From NCBI RefSeq assembly GCF_964194025.1, contig NC_134479.1, positions 8,742,001-8,806,000 on the forward strand: a stretch of 64,000 nt of DNA, read 5' to 3'. A program made the translations under genes and the position numbers. Positions 58,241 to 64,000 of this stretch are shown piece after piece; the stretch's first letter is position 1, and each line of letters opens with the position of its first letter. The notes under the pieces are model-generated. The model was not told the DNA's origin, did not search any database, and saw nothing but the letters and a program-made list of their open reading frames with translations. The stretch comes from Convolutriloba macropyga (lineage: Eukaryota).

Positions 58241-58647
58241 TCCAATAAACTGAACAAATTTTTCTTAAATGTCTTCACATAGAGACAGAAAGCTATGCCT
58301 GTCACGTGACCGAGATACTCATTTGTGACTGGACAGGGCAATACGTAAGAATAACCTGGTCCTTTTTCGCTGTGTTCAAATACAAAACCGGAAGCGTCAT
58401 GGAGAATAGCATGCAACCTTAAACTTTTGTAAGCTTTGAATTATTTGTCAATTGTAGTATTGTCAATACCGATGAGCCCACCATAGGGCCTTAACTTCAA
58501 TGCAATATCCAAATCAAGATCAGGATCCAAGTAAAAACAAGTTGCTAAGAAATACAGCTACCTTTCACTATACCCTGAATATTCTTTTTTCACTTGCTGG
58601 TATAACTCGTGAATACTTTTCAAATCTACCGTTGCAATCGTTGCCAT
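58234..58647 (-). pseudogene. 137-aa Polinton accessory protein with an HxxxHD motif (possible PLA2-like); two in-frame stops
   Basis: MATIATVDLKSIHELYQQVKKEYSGYSER*LYFLATCFYLDPDLDLDIALKLRPYGGLIGIDNTTIDK*FKAYKSLRLHAILHDASG...KGPGYSY...LLEC*. Confidence 0.5.
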
Positions 58648-58772
58648 CGGGCGGTCCTCTGAGAAATGACACTTCAAACCTATTCACCCTGTTTTTGTCG
58701 TATAGGGAAGAGATAGAAACATAGAAAACAAAAATATTGAGAACTTGCATTTTAATTCAACCAATCCTATTC

Positions 58773-59330
58773 CCACTGTTAAGGTTTTCAACGTTGACCC
58801 ATTTAACTCCCCCCCATCTTTCCACCCCTATACTTTTATGACCGCTTAGGATAATCCCCTTTATTCCCATGTTTATTCATCGTAAAAATACCCACTTGAA
58901 ATAACCCCCTATATTCCCTTGTTTAAGTATCGTAAAAAATACCCATTTAAAAACCCCCTATATTCCCATGTTTAAGTATCGTATTATTACCCACTCAGCA
59001 TAAGGCCCTACATGCACACGTTTATGATCCCAGGAATGCCAACTTGGGATCACTCTCTATATTCACATGTTTAAGTATCGTAAAAAAATACCCACCTAAA
59101 AACCCCCTATATTCCCATGTTTAAGTATCATAAAAGACCCAATTAATGTCATCCCCTATATTCCCATGTTTAATTACCACAAGGATTACCCTCTCACCAT
59201 AACCCCCTGAAATCACATATTTTAGATCCTAGGAATACCCACTCATCATCACTCCCTATATTCCCATGTTTAGTATCGCATGAATACCCCCCCCCCCCCC
59301 CCGCTCTTAACGCTCTTATTATTTACTACT
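58773..59330 (-). repeat. Polinton right terminal inverted repeat
   Basis: Reverse complement of 38748-39300; ends ACTACT and is followed by the TSD AACGAT. Confidence 0.95.
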
Positions 59331-59581
59331 AACGATTTTCTGGATATTTTTTGTGACTTACAGACGTTTTTCTTCTCACGTGTTGGTGGCTGTTTATTTA
59401 TTTTTCCAGATGTTTTTGATGAGGTTTGACCAATATTTGTCCAAACCGTTAGAATTGATTCAAGATGAGCCAACTGTGAAAAATGAGATAATCTTAGATT
59501 TGTTACAGTACTAATCAAAGATCCCTTTCGTTGTTCATAATTGAAGTAATTCTAGAATCTTAAGCTTTGATGGATGGCAAG

Positions 59582-60760
59582 GATTCCTGTTTGAGATGAT
59601 GCCGCCGACAAATTTATCATTCTCTCGTTTCTCAATTAAGTCTGTAAAAATCTATGTATCCGACTATTTAAAGTGAAATCGCAATCTCTATTAATCGCTT
59701 CTTATAGTTTTCTGTTCATACACGAAAGCTCTGGCTTTTTTAAGTGGTATCGTTATTATGTCCAGTTTTCAAATGTAAAAAATCCTCATTTATGTCCCCA
59801 GGATGAGGTTCTCGTGCAAAAAACCGTATGAAAATACCCATCCAGACCATTTTTGCCTATGAAAGTAACCAGGTAGACCAAAAATGCATATGGTCCAGAC
59901 TTTGCCTCGTTCAAATTTTCGGTGCAAATGTGCTCGTTCAAAAACGCTTATGAAAAGATCCTTCCAGACCAAAATGCGATATGATGGAACCAGCGTCAAA
60001 ATACTTTGTCAATTCAACTAATTCAACAATGTCAAGACTTGAAAACAGAGGAGTCATCAGCAAAGCAAGGGTTCAAATAATGGAATGGCGAGAGCTTGCA
60101 TTTGAAAGGGCCCATGCAAACTTGGCGCTTTCAAATGCAAACTCTCGCCATGCCATTCTTTGAACCCCTGCTTTGCCGATGAATCCTCTGTTTCCAAGCC
60201 CTGACATAGTTGAATTGACAAAACATTTTGACACTGGATATAACTAAAGTTTTTTATATTTGAAAACCAGACATAAAAACGATACCACACAAAAAGGCCA
60301 GAGTTCTTAATATTTTGTACATCAACCTCAAAGAGTTCTGCTCATACCTAACTCCCATTGCGCTTTGAAGCGCAATTGCAGTTAGGTACGTGCAAATTTC
60401 TTTGAGATTAATGTTGATGAAAAAATTGATGTTCAAAAGTTCTTAATTTGCGACAGGAATAGTTTGTGATAAATTTTTTTGAAGTGTTTCACACTAAAAA
60501 TGCGTTTCTACAATCAGTAGACCAAACCTTTTAAATACTGAAATGAATTAGTTCGGCAAGCAAATGAAAAAAAAAGTTATAATTAAAATTGGGGTCAGAC
60601 AAATATTATCAAGAGCACAGAAATGGATCAGGATTTCTCGGTGTTACTGCTGTGGTGAATAAAGGACAACACCCTATGAAAAAGCATTATTTCATCCACT
60701 AGCGCTTCATTAAAAAGCCGAATTCAGGAACCAGAATTTGCAGCTGTTTTTTTTTTAAAA
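59582..60760 (+). repeat. ~1.2-kb segment duplicated at ~31647-32930
   Basis: Collinear shared blocks ATTTATCATTCTCTCGTTT, AATCCTCATTTATGTCCCCAGGATGAGG, GTTAGGTACGTGCAAA, AATTTGCAGCTGTTTTT. Confidence 0.85.
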
Positions 60761-60997
60761 TTTCAATCGCCTAGCTACCATCGTTTACAAATTGAAAAAA
60801 TTAAATGCTTAAATCGACTTAACTGTTCTTGATAAAATACCATTTTTCATTGATTTTTTGCTACCTTTGCAAGTTACTGTTCACTTCGTATTTTTGAATG
60901 ACTCAGCTTAAAAACCCATAGATTTTCTCTAGCTCTGAATTCTGTCGAAATCAACAACACAGGCAAACAAACCCAAATAGAATTTTTCCAAGATAAC

Positions 60998-61348
60998 GAT
61001 CATTTTCTCTTGTAAGTGCAGACCGTGGAAAGGAGCTCTCATATCATTTCAAGCTCTCATATCACTTCTGCCTTCAATGACCTATTTGAAAAACTCATTT
61101 CCAGAAAAATTGTTTAATGATGGTTTCAAAGATTCATTTTGTACAAACAATGTGGGTAGATTGGTATTAGACTAGTCTAATACCAACCTACTCACATTGA
61201 TCGTACATATTGAACCTTTCAAACCATAATTAAACAGTTTTTCAGGAAATGAGTTTTTAAATATGTCATTGAAGGCAGAATTGATATGAAAGTTTGAAAT
61301 GGTATGAGAGCTCCCTTCCACGGTCTGAAATCATAAGAGAAAATGATC
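60998..61348. repeat. ~350-bp spacerless palindrome (foldback MITE-like)
   Basis: GATCATTTTCTCTT..CAGACCGTGGAA..GAGCTCTCATA and its reverse complement; centre TTGGTATTAGACTAGTCTAATACCAA. Confidence 0.88.
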
Positions 61349-61880
61349 TTTAAGTTATATGGACTTTAAAACTTTTTTCTTGAACATTTTTTGACGCCTA
61401 TTTTACAAGATCTTGCAAGGTTTTTGCAAGATAGGCGTCCGGATTACAAACTTCATTTGCAACAATCTTTTTGACTAGGGCAGTAAATTGAATTCCGTGT
61501 AAAAGTTGACCATTCTGGACCTGCAAAAATTATTTTGGAACCGCAGAAATAAATTTAACGGATGCTGTAGTGATTAAGATGAACGGATTTCAAATGGAAA
61601 CCAACCACTTAATCTATCAAACAAATAACTCAAAACTGAGAAATAAGGCAAATTGAGTTTTTTGGTTTTTATCAAAAAATCTAGTGCTATAAAAAGGAAA
61701 TTGGATGACGGCTGGGTTCCGGAATTTCTCTTCGACAATTACCAGTTTACTATGAAAAAATGTAACTTGAGCATTTATTTGTTTCATAGTTTTTGTCTTT
61801 AATTATAACCTGCCGAGAATTAACCGAAAAACAATTGAGCCAAAAAAATTCTTTTGGCAGTTTGATTGAAATTTGTAAGA

Positions 61881-62142
61881 ATGATACAAGTAACTGAGTT
61901 TGTCATCATAGCCTCGTTTCTGGCTTTACTGTCGGTGGTGGCTAATACGACACCCATTTCTAACCATCAACGAGCTATTTTGGAAGGCTACGATTCACCA
62001 GACAGACCTTTCTATGTTCTAATCTTCATAACTGAAACCAGTATTGACACAGACGAAACAATAACATTTTCTTGCGGTGGAACAATTATCCATGAAGAGT
62101 TTGTAATTTCAGCGGCGCACTGTTTTTACGAACCTGGCTATG
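61881..62142 (+). CDS. S1 serine protease gene 3, exon 1 (signal peptide and catalytic His); remainder lies beyond the window
   Basis: MIQVTEFVIIASFLALLSVVA, HQRAILEGYDSPDRPFYV, CGGTIIHEEFVISAAHCF; GTAAGT donor at 62143, phase 1 as in gene 2. Confidence 0.92.
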
Positions 62143-62446
62143 GTAAGTTTGTCAAATCTTTATTGAGTTAAGTTTTAAAATGTTCAAAATTCTACGTTAT
62201 TCATTGGCCTTGATCAGACAAAAAAACGTATGTATAGTTTTAATTCACTACGATACCAGAAGAGAATGTTTTTTTTTTCAAGGTTGGATGTGTAATAGTG
62301 AAACATCCCGTTTTGCTTATCACACAAAATTACTTTTAGTAGTCATACCAGGTGATATATGATACCTAGTAATGATACAATGTCATATATGAATTTTGCG
62401 ATTTCTTAGTATTCATACATGAATCAAACCAATGCTTTTTCACCAT

Positions 62447-63320
62447 CCCAGGTTGAGGTCCCAGACGGAAAGTCGATATGTCCAGACCCAGATGAACGCA
62501 CGACGGGGGTGTCGTGCGTTCAAATTTACATGGTCTGGAAACAAGGAAAAACGCAAGAAAGTCTGGACATGAACGCACGTATAGTCTGGTGAACGCACGA
62601 AAGTCTGATCATGAACGCACGAATAGTCTGGTGAACGCACGAAAGTCTGATCATGAACGCACGAATAGTCTGGTGAACGCACGAAAGTCTGATCATGAAC
62701 GCACGAATAGTCTGGTGAACGCATGAAAGTCTGATCATGAACGCACGAATAGTCTGGTGAACGCACAAAAGTCTGATCATGAACGCACGAATAGTCTGGT
62801 GAACGCACGAAAGTCTGATCATGAACGCACGAATAGTCTGGTGAACGCATGAAAGTCTGATCATGAACGCACGAATAGTCTGGTGAACGCACAAAAGTCT
62901 GATCATGAACGCACGAATAGTCTGGTGAACGCACGAAAGTCTGATCATGAACGCACGAATAGTCTGGTGAACGCACGAAAGTCTGATCATGAACGCACGA
63001 ATAGTCTGGTGAACGCATGAAAGTCTGATCATGAACGCACGAATAGTCTGGTGAACGCACAAAAGTCTGATCATGAACGCACGAATAGTCTGGTGAACGC
63101 ACGAAAGTCTGATCATGAACGCACGAAAGTCTGGACATGAACGCACAAAGTTCTGATGAACGCACCAAAAAATTGTGCGTTCATCAGACCTTTAGTGCGT
63201 TCATGTCCAGACTTTTGTGCGTTCATGATCAGACTTTCGTGCGTTCACCAGACTATTAGTGCGTTCATGATCAGACTTTCGTGCGTTCACCAGACTATTC
63301 GTGCGTTCATGATCAGACTA
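62447..63320. repeat. CCCAGG-terminated element carrying a 42-bp satellite (~13 copies) followed by inverted copies
   Basis: Unit AGTCTGATCATGAACGCACGAATAGTCTGGTGAACGCACGAA over ~62560-63145; orientation flips at ~63170; inverted units run to 63320. Confidence 0.9.
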
Positions 63321-63629
63321 AAAAACTAACCTTTTATGCTTGTAGATGCCCATTGAAGATGAAGACGCCAGAGGGTTCCATCAGTCCACAAATCCACATA
63401 TAAAGTCTTTTTTTACGTGAGGTACATGAACATCTTTGTACTAATAGTAGACATGCCTTTTTTTTGCTAGCGTGAGCAAAATTCAAGGTGTCTGCCTATC
63501 AGCATTAAGAATAAAATGAACCTCTAATAAGACTTTTTTATAAGACTTTTTTTTGACACTCATTCAAGAAAGCTGAAACATATATCATACATCATAAACA
63601 CATATCATAGACTCAAACCAAAAGACCGA

Positions 63630-63750
63630 AGCGAGAGACGAGCGAGACAACGCGAGAGACGAGCAAGAAAACGCGAGACGAGCGAGAAAACGCGAGACGA
63701 GCGAGAAAACGCGAGACGAGCGAGAAAACGCGAGACGAGCGAGAGACGAA
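63630..63750. repeat. 19-bp minisatellite (CGCGAGACGAGCGAGAAAA)
   Basis: About 6 tandem copies. Confidence 0.85.
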
Positions 63751-64000
63751 AACAGGGGCGAGAGAACGAGGGGAGAGGGGGAGAGAGAGCACCAAAAAAT
63801 CTTGACGCCCGAAAGGCGTCCCACCCGTTTTTAACTCTATATTTTTGATTTTTTTCAAAAAAAACCGTACGCAAAACTAACTTTTTTCCTACGCAAGCTA
63901 TCGCAAAATTTCTTTTCGTTTTACACTCTACCTACAAAGGGGATACTCCAAACCAAGTTTGGTTCAATTTGAACAACTCTATGACCTAATCAAAAAGGCC

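Larger units (their letters stand above)
38748..59330 (-). mobile_element. Polinton/Maverick endogenous DNA virus, defective copy
   Basis: Termini AGTAGT...ACTACT; 6-bp TSD AACGAT (38742-47, 59331-36); ~555-bp TIRs; pPolB, rve integrase, A32/FtsK-like ATPase, MCP, penton and adenain-like protease motifs. Confidence 0.97.

Noticed and set aside
62440-63168. 242-aa and 206-aa repetitive ORFs, or a CRISPR-like array
   Set aside because: Translation of a 42-bp satellite inside an intron. Units are contiguous with no unique spacers, and there are no cas genes in a eukaryotic context.
63585-63874. Arg/Ser/Leu-rich ORFs
   Set aside because: Translations of a 19-bp minisatellite

Overview
AT-rich eukaryotic (probably invertebrate animal) genomic DNA with an 849-N gap at 256-1104. 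Host content is a tandem cluster of three + strand, intron-containing, secreted S1 (chymotrypsin-family) serine protease genes: exons at 2068-2405 and 5139-5441; 17220-17484, 20013-~20337 and ~30564-30880; and 61881-62142. Everything else is mobile DNA. (i) A young full-length BEL/Pao LTR retrotransposon (21954-29457, - strand, 787-bp LTRs, AGTGG target duplication) sits in intron 2 of protease gene 2. (ii) A decayed second BEL/Pao lies at ~33820-36480. (iii) A 20.6-kb Polinton/Maverick endogenous virus (38748-59330; AGTAGT...ACTACT ends, ~555-bp TIRs, 6-bp AACGAT target duplication) encodes pPolB, integrase, packaging ATPase, major and minor capsid, adenain protease and accessory genes, most of them pseudogenised. 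(iv) There are many CCC-terminated 2-bp-TSD non-autonomous DNA transposons, palindromic elements and satellites. The most unusual observations are inside the Polinton. One is an opposite-strand cassette of a 14-bp-stem hairpin, a PC4-like ssDNA-binding gene and an intact 240-aa ORF with HUH/Rep-like motifs and a KxTQT motif. The others are a five-copy 1310-bp tandem amplification that creates an in-frame ATPase/nuclease chimera, a Maelstrom-like nuclease, and a deletion that joins truncated pPolB to the left TIR. All protein assignments come from motif recognition by eye; no database searches were run.
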